Shown here piece by piece: positions 30,164 through 39,249 of a stretch of 64,000 nt of DNA. This stretch comes from a virus, in IMG/VR virus record IMGVR_UViG_3300012983_000048, one strand, 5' to 3'. Both the position numbers and the translations under genes were made by a program. How positions within the stretch are numbered: position 1 is the first letter of the stretch; the number at the start of each line of letters is the position of its first letter. The notes below the pieces were generated by a model, which was not told the origin of the DNA, searched no databases, and was given only the letters and a program-made list of their open reading frames with translations.

Positions 30164-31177
30164 ATGAATAATATAGTAGAATGGTGGTTAAATGCAGGAA
30201 GATTAAATGATATGGAAATGTTTATTCTTTCCAATACAAGAAGTGAAGATGCTATTTTATATTCTGATAAAGAATATAAAAAAATGGAATCTGAATATTT
30301 TAATAGAATGCCTTTTAGTAACATATCATCTAAAACACATAATATCATGTTTGATACTTGTGCTACAAATCATATTAAAAATTTATTCAAAAAATATGTT
30401 AATGAAGATACATTAGTAATAACATCAATGAATGAACATAATAATGTAAAAGAATTGGTTAATAATTGTAATAATAAACTAATATTAAATCATTATAAAG
30501 ATATTATCACATTAAATGTTGATACTATTGTAACAGAGTGTAAAAAATATAAGAAAGCATTTATATATATTATTGGAACACAAATATCTTCTGGTGAGAT
30601 AACACCACAATTATTTTATGAAACATTGAAGAAACAATTGGTAATTAATAATATTGAACACATTATGGTTTTGGATGATGTTCAAGGAATGTTTATGGTT
30701 CCAAGAGATTATTCAATATTTGATTATGTGGTTGGAACTGCTCATGCATTAATTGAGGGTTATGATATGGGTATTTTAATTAGTAGAAATAATGATTTTG
30801 GAATTAAAGCAATAAATTGGGGTTATGATTATTTAGAATTGTTAGATATAATGTTAAAAAGAAAGGATTTATTGAATAGTTTTACACAAGTAATGACACA
30901 ATATTTTCATTATGATTTGATTAAATATGGATTTTCATTATTTCAAAATACTGCACCACATATATTTGCAATAAAGACAAATGGTATGGAATTTACAGAA
31001 GAAATGCATTCCTTATTAGATAACTATTGTATAAGATTAGAGGGTATTGGTAATGATTATGTTCCAAATATATTCATAAGAATGAGAGCACAACAATATA
31101 TAAAATTTCCGGAGACATGTATTGATGGATTAAAAGTTCTACATAATTTGTTGGAAGAGATAAAGGATAGTAAATAA
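30164..31177 (+). CDS. PLP-fold protein resembling class-V aminotransferase/cysteine-desulfurase, apparently lacking the Schiff-base Lys
   Basis: FDTCATNHIKNLFKKYVNEDTLVITSMNEHNNV resembles NifS/IscS TSGATE..N..IITS..EH.SV. The region that aligns to S-G-H-K of desulfurases reads GTAHALIEG (Lys replaced by Ala). Alignment done from memory only. Confidence 0.3.
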   Translation: MNNIVEWWLNAGRLNDMEMFILSNTRSEDAILYSDKEYKKMESEYFNRMPFSNISSKTHNIMFDTCATNHIKNLFKKYVNEDTLVITSMNEHNNVKELVNNCNNKLILNHYKDIITLNVDTIVTECKKYKKAFIYIIGTQISSGEITPQLFYETLKKQLVINNIEHIMVLDDVQGMFMVPRDYSIFDYVVGTAHALIEGYDMGILISRNNDFGIKAINWGYDYLELLDIMLKRKDLLNSFTQVMTQYFHYDLIKYGFSLFQNTAPHIFAIKTNGMEFTEEMHSLLDNYCIRLEGIGNDYVPNIFIRMRAQQYIKFPETCIDGLKVLHNLLEEIKDSK

Positions 31178-31178
31178 T

Positions 31179-31994
31179 ATGGAAAATAAACAACAATTTA
31201 ATACTTGGAAATCATTGGTTGAAGATATAGAAATAAAAACTCAATTAGATTGTTTAAGAATAATTGAATTAAATATTTCTAATGTTTGTAATTTAAAATG
31301 CAGTTTCTGTCCTCAATCACATGGTTGGAAAACAAATAAAGAAATATTTATGGGATTACATACAGTTAAAGAGATATGCAAACAATTGAATGAAATTGAT
31401 TATAAAGGGTTTGTCTGTATTGCTGGGTGGGGAGAACCATCAACAAATCCAAATTTTTATGAAATTGTTGATATATTAAAATCTTTTAATCCACAGATTG
31501 TTACTAATGGAAAATTATTGGATAAAGATGTTTGGGAAAAAATAACAAAAATTGCACAAATAAAAGTATCTGTTCATGATTGGTCTAATATACAATGGTT
31601 TAAAAATAAATTCCAAAATACAAATGCTTGGTATAGAAATCATGATGTAAATAATCCACAAATGAATTTATATAATAGGGGTGGTTATTTAAATAAACCA
31701 ATAGAAAGAATATATAAAGAGTGTTATTTACCATTTTATAAAATTGCAATTGATGTTGATGGGAAATACATACAATGTGAAGCAGATTGGGAGTGTAAAT
31801 CTGAAACAGAAAATAGTATTTGGAATACACATATAGAAAATTATTTTGTCAATAAATGTGATATTGTTAGAGAAAAAATGTTATCAGAAAATAAAAGACA
31901 ATCATTTAATTGTTGTAAGGATTGTGACATTGATGGTAGATTATATGGTAAAAAATTTGTAGATTTTTGGATTAATAATGTTAAAGAGAAATGA
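31179..31994 (+). CDS. radical SAM protein (short, minimal Cys tail)
   Basis: ISNVCNLKCSFCPQSH at aa 33-48. CIAGWGEPSTNP. C-terminal SFNCCKDCDIDG. Confidence 0.65.
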   Translation: MENKQQFNTWKSLVEDIEIKTQLDCLRIIELNISNVCNLKCSFCPQSHGWKTNKEIFMGLHTVKEICKQLNEIDYKGFVCIAGWGEPSTNPNFYEIVDILKSFNPQIVTNGKLLDKDVWEKITKIAQIKVSVHDWSNIQWFKNKFQNTNAWYRNHDVNNPQMNLYNRGGYLNKPIERIYKECYLPFYKIAIDVDGKYIQCEADWECKSETENSIWNTHIENYFVNKCDIVREKMLSENKRQSFNCCKDCDIDGRLYGKKFVDFWINNVKEK

Positions 31995-32868
31995 ATATGT
32001 AAAGAAAATATATGGTTTGTCAGCACAAAATGAACCAGGTAATGATTGTGTTGTATCTTGTAATGTAAGACAATATCCAGATATGTATTATATATATGAG
32101 AAATTTGGTAATTATTTCAATGTAGAGAGTAATACATTCTTCTTATCAAATGGTTGTGAAAATGCCATTAAAAATGTTTTATTAGCAATTAAACCAAAAA
32201 CAATGTGTTGGTGTATCCCTACTTGGGGTATGATGGATGTTTATTGTGAGGCATTGGATATTAAACCATTAAAAAAAGAATTTAAATATGATAATATAAA
32301 ATCTGAATTTATTACACCAAATTTATCTGATATAAAGTGTGATTGTTTATATACAAATTGCGGATTTACAAATTATTTTAAATATAATTTTAACACAATG
32401 GAATTATATAACAGTAATTTTAATTATAATATTTGTGATATAACATATCAGAATATTGAACAAATGAAATCATCCATACAAACATTGAAACAAAATCCTA
32501 AAAATATTATCATTGGATCATTTGATAAATTGGTTGGGTGTGGGTTAAGACTTGGGTTTGCTATATATTCAAAAGAATTACATGATAGAATGTCATTACA
32601 AAGGGAACAATTTATAAATTCATGTGCATTTGAATGGTTTATGAATACTGATTTTAATATTAGTAAAAATCAATATATTTCTAAATTAAAGAATATAAAA
32701 AATATTCATACTATAAATGATAATTTTATAACAGTTGTTGGAAATATTGATACAACAATTCCATGTGTTCATTTTAATGTTGATGGTTATGATTTCACAA
32801 GATTTGGTATTCCAAATAATTATAATGAATATTCTGAATTAAAATATATCATTGAAAATGAGAAATAA
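31978..32868 (+). CDS. class I/II PLP aminotransferase, HisC-like
   Basis: IYGLSAQNEPGND resembles LdsNENPygp. YPDMYY..LSNGCENAI..CWCIPTWGMMDVYCEAL resembles YPD..GNGSdE.i..P.F.mY...a...G. GSFDKLVGCGLRLGFAIY resembles SLSKafgLAGLRiGYai, with a Lys present. Last gene of the plus-strand operon. Confidence 0.5.
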   Translation: MLKRNEYVKKIYGLSAQNEPGNDCVVSCNVRQYPDMYYIYEKFGNYFNVESNTFFLSNGCENAIKNVLLAIKPKTMCWCIPTWGMMDVYCEALDIKPLKKEFKYDNIKSEFITPNLSDIKCDCLYTNCGFTNYFKYNFNTMELYNSNFNYNICDITYQNIEQMKSSIQTLKQNPKNIIIGSFDKLVGCGLRLGFAIYSKELHDRMSLQREQFINSCAFEWFMNTDFNISKNQYISKLKNIKNIHTINDNFITVVGNIDTTIPCVHFNVDGYDFTRFGIPNNYNEYSELKYIIENEK

Positions 32869-33642
32869 TTATTTTGTTCTTCTCCAAACATTTATAACAT
32901 ATGCAGGTGGTTGAACTGTATCAGAGTTTCCATAAATTGGATTTGAACGAGAAGCATCAAATAGAGTTTGGGCATCATTTGAACCATTATCAACATCGTT
33001 ACCACCTCTCTTAATTCCAGAAGAACCATTATAAAAAGAACCTGTTTTATTCTGTGCCCAAACATGATATTCAAAACCACCAGTAATATTTGGTAATCCT
33101 GCATCTATTGTTGTATTGGCATTGCTTCCATCACCCGTCCATAGTGCTTTATTACTTGTAACTAATTCCCAAGTAGAGTTTGGGATTATAGTCATCATTG
33201 GGCATGTTGTTTGTGTTCCAAAATATAATGAACCAATTGGATATATTGTTTCCAATAATGTTAATATTTTACTTGAAAACATATTATCAAATTCAGATAA
33301 GTCTGGTTGAATAGAAACAATTTCATATCTTTTAATATAAGATATTGAATAATGTATATTAGATTCAATTTCATTTTCTAAAATAACTTTTAAACCATCT
33401 TCTGATAATGTATATAATGATGGTAAAATAATAGTATTTCCAATATTAACTGAAAGTATTTGATTTGGATAATCCAATTTAATTCCATCCAATGGTAATT
33501 CATTTGTATTATTACTTGTTAAACCATTTATAATATTAACTGATGCATATGATTTTGATTCAATTTCTGAATCAATATATTCTTCTATTTGATCTTTATT
33601 AATAGAACCTGCTACTATTTTACCACCATGTCTAATACTCAT
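32869..33642 (-). CDS. short tail fibre protein with C-terminal phage tail-collar-like domain
   Basis: N-terminus MSIRHGGKIVAG matches the other fibre paralogs. The C-terminus LWTGDGSNANTTIDAGLPNITGGFEYHVWAQ..NSDTVQPPAYVINVWRRT resembles the tail-collar (PF07484-like) ending tvrP..alnyiI. The stop abuts the convergent plus-strand stop (taa|tta). Confidence 0.55.
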   Translation of the reverse strand: MSIRHGGKIVAGSINKDQIEEYIDSEIESKSYASVNIINGLTSNNTNELPLDGIKLDYPNQILSVNIGNTIILPSLYTLSEDGLKVILENEIESNIHYSISYIKRYEIVSIQPDLSEFDNMFSSKILTLLETIYPIGSLYFGTQTTCPMMTIIPNSTWELVTSNKALWTGDGSNANTTIDAGLPNITGGFEYHVWAQNKTGSFYNGSSGIKRGGNDVDNGSNDAQTLFDASRSNPIYGNSDTVQPPAYVINVWRRTK

Positions 33643-33662
33643 TAAAAATCCTTATTTTTTGT

Positions 33663-34121
33663 TTATAAATTTGAAGTTGATTGTAGGTCATTAATTTCCT
33701 CAGGTAATGTATCTTCAATATTGATATATGGATTATCAGCACGAATTTCATCTTTCTTTGCTAACCAAGTGTTTTTAGCTTCAATGGTTCGTTCATCTGT
33801 TTCACCATAACGAGCTAATGCTTCATCATAATCAAGCTTTAAAGGGTCAGCTTGTTCTGTAAATAAAGATTGACGTGTTTGACGGATTTGCTCATTATAA
33901 ACTTCTACTGGAATATAAGTTTTAAGCAGGAACTCCCCTTGATAGTGTTCGTATTCGTCAACTGAGTGTTCCGTATCCTCAATGACTTCATCATAAACTA
34001 AACAAGGAAAATGGTCTTTCGGATTAAATGATATAGTTTTAGATACATTATCATAAGTAACTTCAACTTCTTTCTTTTCGCAAATTGCTATGATTTTATT
34101 GTCTTTAATTGCTTTAAACAT
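33663..34121 (-). CDS. hypothetical protein (possible fibre assembly/chaperone)
   Basis: 152-aa acidic protein directly downstream of the 708-aa fibre gene, 1-nt start/stop overlap. Confidence 0.4.
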   Translation of the reverse strand: MFKAIKDNKIIAICEKKEVEVTYDNVSKTISFNPKDHFPCLVYDEVIEDTEHSVDEYEHYQGEFLLKTYIPVEVYNEQIRQTRQSLFTEQADPLKLDYDEALARYGETDERTIEAKNTWLAKKDEIRADNPYINIEDTLPEEINDLQSTSNL

Positions 34122-36247
34122 TATTCTATTTCTCCTTCTGTGTAAATGAATCTGAAAACCTCAACGGTTGATATTGTTCCATTATATACCAAATACACTT
34201 CATCACCCTTTTTAACACGAACACTTACATCTGTCCCTCTAGAACCTAAAGTTCCCCCATCAGCAATATTGCTTGCACTTCTGTTTCTTAAATAAAAATA
34301 ATTTCCAGATGTTCCAACAAGTCTGGTATAATAATAACCACTTGCTGGTGCTATATAAGTCGCACCGTTAGCCCCTAAAGTCAAATCAATATATCTATTT
34401 GAAGGTGCTCCCAGTCCCGACAACCAAGATGTGTCGTTTCTGTCAACTGCTTGAAAGGTGGTTTTTAGTATGACTGATGTGATTTTGCCAGAATCAAGAG
34501 AAATAGAACCTATACTTATAGCCATACTAGTAAATAAATCTGATTTAAAATTATTTATTTTGATGTCATATCCTTGTGTAACTACACCTTCTGGATATAT
34601 AACAGAAAATGAATAATTTGGTCTGTTTGGACTAAATAGTAATAAACAATCACTTATCGAATAAGAACTGGCAAAAGTTCTAGTAATAACATTTTGAGAT
34701 ACATACTCAATATTTCTCAAAGTTCCGTCTGCATTTCTTCCGTTCGGAATTAAACCTTTAACACCTGGAAGTGCAAAGACTGTTGACCCGATATACCCAA
34801 ATCCATTAAATACTTGGTCTATGGAAGTTATTGTTCCTGAATTTCGTGACACAGAACAGATTGGAAAAGATAAATTTGTATGTGTTTCTGTTGAGTCAGA
34901 ATACCTACTTATAACATTTGTGTCCGTGTTGTAAATAAAACCACTAGTTGGTGCCGTCGTTCCTGATACCGAATAAGACCAAACCTCTGCTACTAATTCA
35001 GTACCACTAGAATTTACACAAATACCAAGTTGTGTGGAAGCTGAGCCATAGTTTCCAATACTCAAATCATTATTGATGTTAATAATATTCCCATTAGCAT
35101 CATATACTTTACTTCCAGCCTTTAAAGTCAATGTTCCATCAACTAATTCCAACTTAATATCCTGTGGAATTTCTGTAATACAATTAGTAATTTGATTTGT
35201 TGTTAAATGGTTTTTTGAAATTTCATCTAATTGTGTTTGAACATTACTTGATATACCAGATAAATGACTCAATTCAGTTGCAGTAACTGAAGATGTTGTT
35301 CCATATCCAGAATCATTAGTTATCAACACTTGATTCGCAGCTTGTCCAGAAACGTTCAGCGAAATGGTTGCTGACGACCATACATTGTCAGACGTTACAA
35401 CTACCCGTGTTGCATACATTCCATTCAATAGATTAATGAATCTAATCACACTCGTTGTTATCTGAACTAACGGAAACAGATACTCACCGAATTTGCAATA
35501 ACAGACCTTACCTGCATTATAAGCCGCTGATATTTCAGAATATGTTGTAGTATTATAAGTAGCTATAAAAACTTCTTTTGCAGAAACATCATTATCAAAA
35601 TCATTATCATCTGTGATATAACATATCCATTCAGGATGTTGATTTTCAATATCCTGTTCTTGATACTCTGATAATGTTCCAACCCAATCATAATTAACAA
35701 TTCCTTTATTTCTTTCAACTACACCATTTACTTGTAAATTATTATCATCATTGTATGAAATTGATGTATTATCAACAGTTGTTTCGGTATAGTTTGACAT
35801 TATAGAATCTATCAAATCCATATTTTGAATTGATAATCCTAATGATTGAATATTAATAGATGTTGGATAATTATCTATATTAGTAACAATACCAATCATT
35901 AATGCTTGAATATTATTTCTATCTGATACTGTTCCATATACATATCCAATATCACCTACTTTGATTCCTTCAACATCAAAATTTGGGTTGTAAGATGTTG
36001 ATACATTTGTGGATGCATATTGTTTCCATTGTTCATATGTCCAATTTCTTGTTCCAACTTTATATGCACCACTTGTTGAAAAGTTTGAAATAGCATTTTG
36101 AACAAACTCTGTATTTGCAATTTGTTTGCTATTATCTCCAACAGTTGCTGTTGGAACAGTTGGTGTTCCTGTAAATGATGTAGAATCTAATAATTTTTCT
36201 ACATCTGGCATTCCTGCTAATAAACTTGAACCATATTTAATTGACAT
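34121..36247 (-). CDS. large tail fibre / baseplate-associated protein
   Basis: 708 aa. N-terminus MSIKYGSSLLAGMPDVEKLL..TGTPTVPTATVGDNSKQIANTEFVQNAI is a fibre attachment-like signature. Long S/T/N-rich beta-rich body. Confidence 0.55.
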   Translation of the reverse strand: MSIKYGSSLLAGMPDVEKLLDSTSFTGTPTVPTATVGDNSKQIANTEFVQNAISNFSTSGAYKVGTRNWTYEQWKQYASTNVSTSYNPNFDVEGIKVGDIGYVYGTVSDRNNIQALMIGIVTNIDNYPTSINIQSLGLSIQNMDLIDSIMSNYTETTVDNTSISYNDDNNLQVNGVVERNKGIVNYDWVGTLSEYQEQDIENQHPEWICYITDDNDFDNDVSAKEVFIATYNTTTYSEISAAYNAGKVCYCKFGEYLFPLVQITTSVIRFINLLNGMYATRVVVTSDNVWSSATISLNVSGQAANQVLITNDSGYGTTSSVTATELSHLSGISSNVQTQLDEISKNHLTTNQITNCITEIPQDIKLELVDGTLTLKAGSKVYDANGNIININNDLSIGNYGSASTQLGICVNSSGTELVAEVWSYSVSGTTAPTSGFIYNTDTNVISRYSDSTETHTNLSFPICSVSRNSGTITSIDQVFNGFGYIGSTVFALPGVKGLIPNGRNADGTLRNIEYVSQNVITRTFASSYSISDCLLLFSPNRPNYSFSVIYPEGVVTQGYDIKINNFKSDLFTSMAISIGSISLDSGKITSVILKTTFQAVDRNDTSWLSGLGAPSNRYIDLTLGANGATYIAPASGYYYTRLVGTSGNYFYLRNRSASNIADGGTLGSRGTDVSVRVKKGDEVYLVYNGTISTVEVFRFIYTEGEIE

Positions 36248-36425
36248 AATTGTTTCCTGTATCTATTATAAAATATTATATAGATATTTATGGGTTTTTA
36301 ATTATGTTATATTTCTTATTTTGTTTCTAACCATTCATCATATTCTAATGGGTTTATTAACCACCAATTTTCTGTATCTGTATAATTTAATAGATATTTT
36401 CTATAAGTAGCAATATTTTCTCTTT

Positions 36426-37331
36426 CTATAAAGACTCACCAGTCTTCACATTTATGTTCATACTTTTCTGAATCGTAGTAGTTGATGCACGAGTTGTTTC
36501 ACCACCACCATTTGTACTCATGTATCTACATTCATAATTGGATTCGGTTGACGATATTACACTTCTTATGGTTGTCCAAGGTGTCAAAATTATAGACTTG
36601 TTCAAAACATAATTCTCTGGAAGATACAATATTTGATAAAGGTCATGACTGCTAGTGAATTTGAAAAATTTAACACCCCCCAACGTTATATAATCACTTT
36701 CAGAAACCTTTGTGTATATAATTTCTCCAATCGAACCATCATATTCACTCGTAGTAATGCATTTAATTGAACCACCATCGTAATTATTGTAAGTTATTTG
36801 AGGAGCTGATAAAAGAAAATATGACAATGCTACCCGTTCACCCCAATCAGATGACTCTGTACCTGTAACATACCCACTAGTGTATTGCCCATTTGATGGG
36901 GTTTCTACATTAAAAACTTGTGCACCAGCTGAATATGATGGGTAATAGGTCACATCAACGAGATATTTAAACGTAAAATACCCATATGTTTCTTTTAAAT
37001 AAACTTGGTTACATGATAACAATTTGACATCTTCCTCCAACACCACATTAAGTGTTGTATTCTTATTTACAACAACTGTTCCACTCTTAGTAATGTAACC
37101 ATCAAGACTTACTTCATAACTAACCTCAGTTCCTTCTAAAATAGTTGCACTATTTGTAACCTTACCATTGATTATAACTTTTGCATTACTTGGTGTTGGA
37201 TTAATTGTGAATATATAAAATATTTCAGCATTCCAAATCAATGATGAACCCTTATATATTTTTGTTATATTAGTTGAACCTTTATATACTTTTGTTATAT
37301 TAGTTGAACCTTTGTATAATTTAAATGCCAT
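36426..37331 (-). CDS. tail protein with PEGA-like beta-sandwich module
   Basis: Tandem N-terminal duplication FKLYKGSTNITKVYKGSTNITKIYKGSS. PEGA-like segment INPTPSNAKVIINGKVTNSATILEGTEVSYEVSLDGYITKSGTVVVNKNTTLNVVLEE. Confidence 0.5.
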   Translation of the reverse strand: MAFKLYKGSTNITKVYKGSTNITKIYKGSSLIWNAEIFYIFTINPTPSNAKVIINGKVTNSATILEGTEVSYEVSLDGYITKSGTVVVNKNTTLNVVLEEDVKLLSCNQVYLKETYGYFTFKYLVDVTYYPSYSAGAQVFNVETPSNGQYTSGYVTGTESSDWGERVALSYFLLSAPQITYNNYDGGSIKCITTSEYDGSIGEIIYTKVSESDYITLGGVKFFKFTSSHDLYQILYLPENYVLNKSIILTPWTTIRSVISSTESNYECRYMSTNGGGETTRASTTTIQKSMNINVKTGESL

Positions 37332-37335
37332 ATTA

Positions 37336-38613
37336 TTACCCCGTTACAAAATAATATGTATTAGAATCAGGATTTGCTGGCAATGCTGATACAACCTGTA
37401 TTGATGATTTATCAAGTTTTAAATTCAAAGCATTTTGAGTTGCAGTTGATATTGGTTTATTAACATCACTTGTATTATCTACATTTCCAAGACCGACTTG
37501 TGCTTTTGTAACACTATGTGGATTGTTTTTATCATCTGTATGTGATGTTAAATCACTTGAATTTGCTTTTGATGAAATAGCAGAATCTATATTTGATTTG
37601 ACAAAAGATGTTGTTGCAATCTCGGTTGAATTACTTGATAACTGTGGATTTGGTGCAGATGTAGTAATTGTTCCATTTTTATCAATAGAAATTGATATTG
37701 AACTAGTTATATCTGTTCCATCATCCTTTAATGCTCTTACATTTATTTGATGTATTGATGTTCCATCTGGTGTATAACTTATAGTCGAAAATCCAATATA
37801 GTTTCCATTTTTATCAACAACTCCTGTTGGATAATATGTTTTTTTATATTGAGGTAATGTAGAAGAATCTAAAGATGTGTCTTTGTTTAAAAATAAATCC
37901 TTATATGTCTCTTTATCTGTTTCTGTTGAAAGAACACCTTTTGGTGAAGTATTGAATGTTTTTGTTCCATTAATTGTTTCATCACCACTTCTATGAACTA
38001 ATGTATTTTCATCAATGTTATCTACCCATAATATTTTTGTTCCATCATTTGATAATATTTTTCCACTATTACCATCTAAATCTGGTATGAAATCATCATC
38101 AGCATCATCTGTAATGTTATAAATCCAATTATCATTAATTGTTGTTAATGATTTGTATTCATCTTTTGAACCAACCCACATTTTAACAACTTTATTTTTA
38201 TTTTGTTCAATGATTGCAACAGTTTGTAATTTATCATTGGAATTAGTTGTAATGGTTGATTCATCTGGTTTTTTGAATGTTTCTGTCCAATATGCTGTTT
38301 CACCATCAGTTGTTAATAATTTATCACTATTACCTTCTTGTGTAGGTAATGATTCGAAATTTTCCAAAGATTTATCAACATAATTTTTTACAGAATTATC
38401 AACATATTTTTTATTTGTTATTTGTAAATCATTTGATTGTTCTGTTAGTTCAGGAACTAATGGCATACCAGAAAAGTTTGGTGAATTTAATGGTGCTTTG
38501 TTTGCCAATTTACTAACCAAATCAGCTTGGTTGTCAATAGCACCCTCAATACTACCCCAAGCAGAATTGTTTGTAGATGATGCTATTAATTCTTTACCTT
38601 TTCTAATTGACAT
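37336..38613 (-). CDS. tail fibre protein
   Basis: MSIRKGKELIASS N-terminus. VHRSGDETINGTKTFNTSPKG. NNPHSVTKAQVGLGNVDNTSDVNKPIS, the classic tail-fibre repeat. Confidence 0.65.
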   Translation of the reverse strand: MSIRKGKELIASSTNNSAWGSIEGAIDNQADLVSKLANKAPLNSPNFSGMPLVPELTEQSNDLQITNKKYVDNSVKNYVDKSLENFESLPTQEGNSDKLLTTDGETAYWTETFKKPDESTITTNSNDKLQTVAIIEQNKNKVVKMWVGSKDEYKSLTTINDNWIYNITDDADDDFIPDLDGNSGKILSNDGTKILWVDNIDENTLVHRSGDETINGTKTFNTSPKGVLSTETDKETYKDLFLNKDTSLDSSTLPQYKKTYYPTGVVDKNGNYIGFSTISYTPDGTSIHQINVRALKDDGTDITSSISISIDKNGTITTSAPNPQLSSNSTEIATTSFVKSNIDSAISSKANSSDLTSHTDDKNNPHSVTKAQVGLGNVDNTSDVNKPISTATQNALNLKLDKSSIQVVSALPANPDSNTYYFVTG

Positions 38614-38623
38614 TTATTTCCCC

Positions 38624-39235
38624 TTATCCATATAAAAATTCACCAACATTAGTACTGTTATAATTCATTGTTCCATTTACTATATCATACATACAAGGTC
38701 TATTTTGATTAGTTAAAATTGGAACATAATGTCTAACCAAATTATTATTTACCCAAAATTTTGCACCAAAAATTTTTAATTTTCCTGTATATCCACTACC
38801 ACTTGTTGCAAATAATCCAAATTCTACATCACTTGTTGATGAACCTGTTCTTATAATTGTTTTATCATTGACAGTCAATGTTGCATCAGCATCTCTTCTT
38901 TCAAAAATTACAGTATGTCTATCAGTTGCTAAAACTCCATCAATATATTGACCACCACCAAGTTCAAATTTATCATTTGCATCTTTACCAAAATATTGTG
39001 CTTGTGTTAATGATTGACCTATTAAATTTCTTGATGTAGATGAATCAAATTGTAAATCAATTTCTGCTTTATATTTTCCATTAATACCTGTTAAAATGTT
39101 TTGATTACCATCGCTATACAAATAATTCAGAACAGTATGTGTCAATACCAATGTTGATTTTTTATCATTGGTTTTTATTGTGTATTTCTTTTTAACACCA
39201 TTTGATATAGATACTAATATATTTTTTAAGCTCAT
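38624..39235 (-). CDS. tail fibre-associated protein
   Basis: 203-aa ORF with MSLKNIL N-terminus, between two fibre genes with 10-14 nt spacers. Confidence 0.45.
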   Translation of the reverse strand: MSLKNILVSISNGVKKKYTIKTNDKKSTLVLTHTVLNYLYSDGNQNILTGINGKYKAEIDLQFDSSTSRNLIGQSLTQAQYFGKDANDKFELGGGQYIDGVLATDRHTVIFERRDADATLTVNDKTIIRTGSSTSDVEFGLFATSGSGYTGKLKIFGAKFWVNNNLVRHYVPILTNQNRPCMYDIVNGTMNYNSTNVGEFLYG

Positions 39236-39249
39236 GTGTAATAAAATCC

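Noticed and set aside
10991-31994. Minus-strand ORFs inside the radical-SAM operon (10991..11263, 11456..11731, 11521..11706, 13508..13753, 15009..15206, 17357..17605, 17611..17832, 24577..24762, 25983..26168, 27077..27280, 27927..28187, 29434..29924, 30130..30348, 31600..32026) and plus ORF 30207..30416
   Set aside because: All overlap confidently called plus-strand genes that carry conserved catalytic motifs. No RBS or motif support.
10941-31994. Considered calling the array anaerobic sulfatase-maturating enzymes, QueE or RNR-activase copies
   Set aside because: The motif pattern (Cx3Cx2C plus GGE plus Cys-rich tail) is generic for SPASM/twitch radical-SAM enzymes. Without profile searches a specific family assignment is unsupported, so the generic call is kept.
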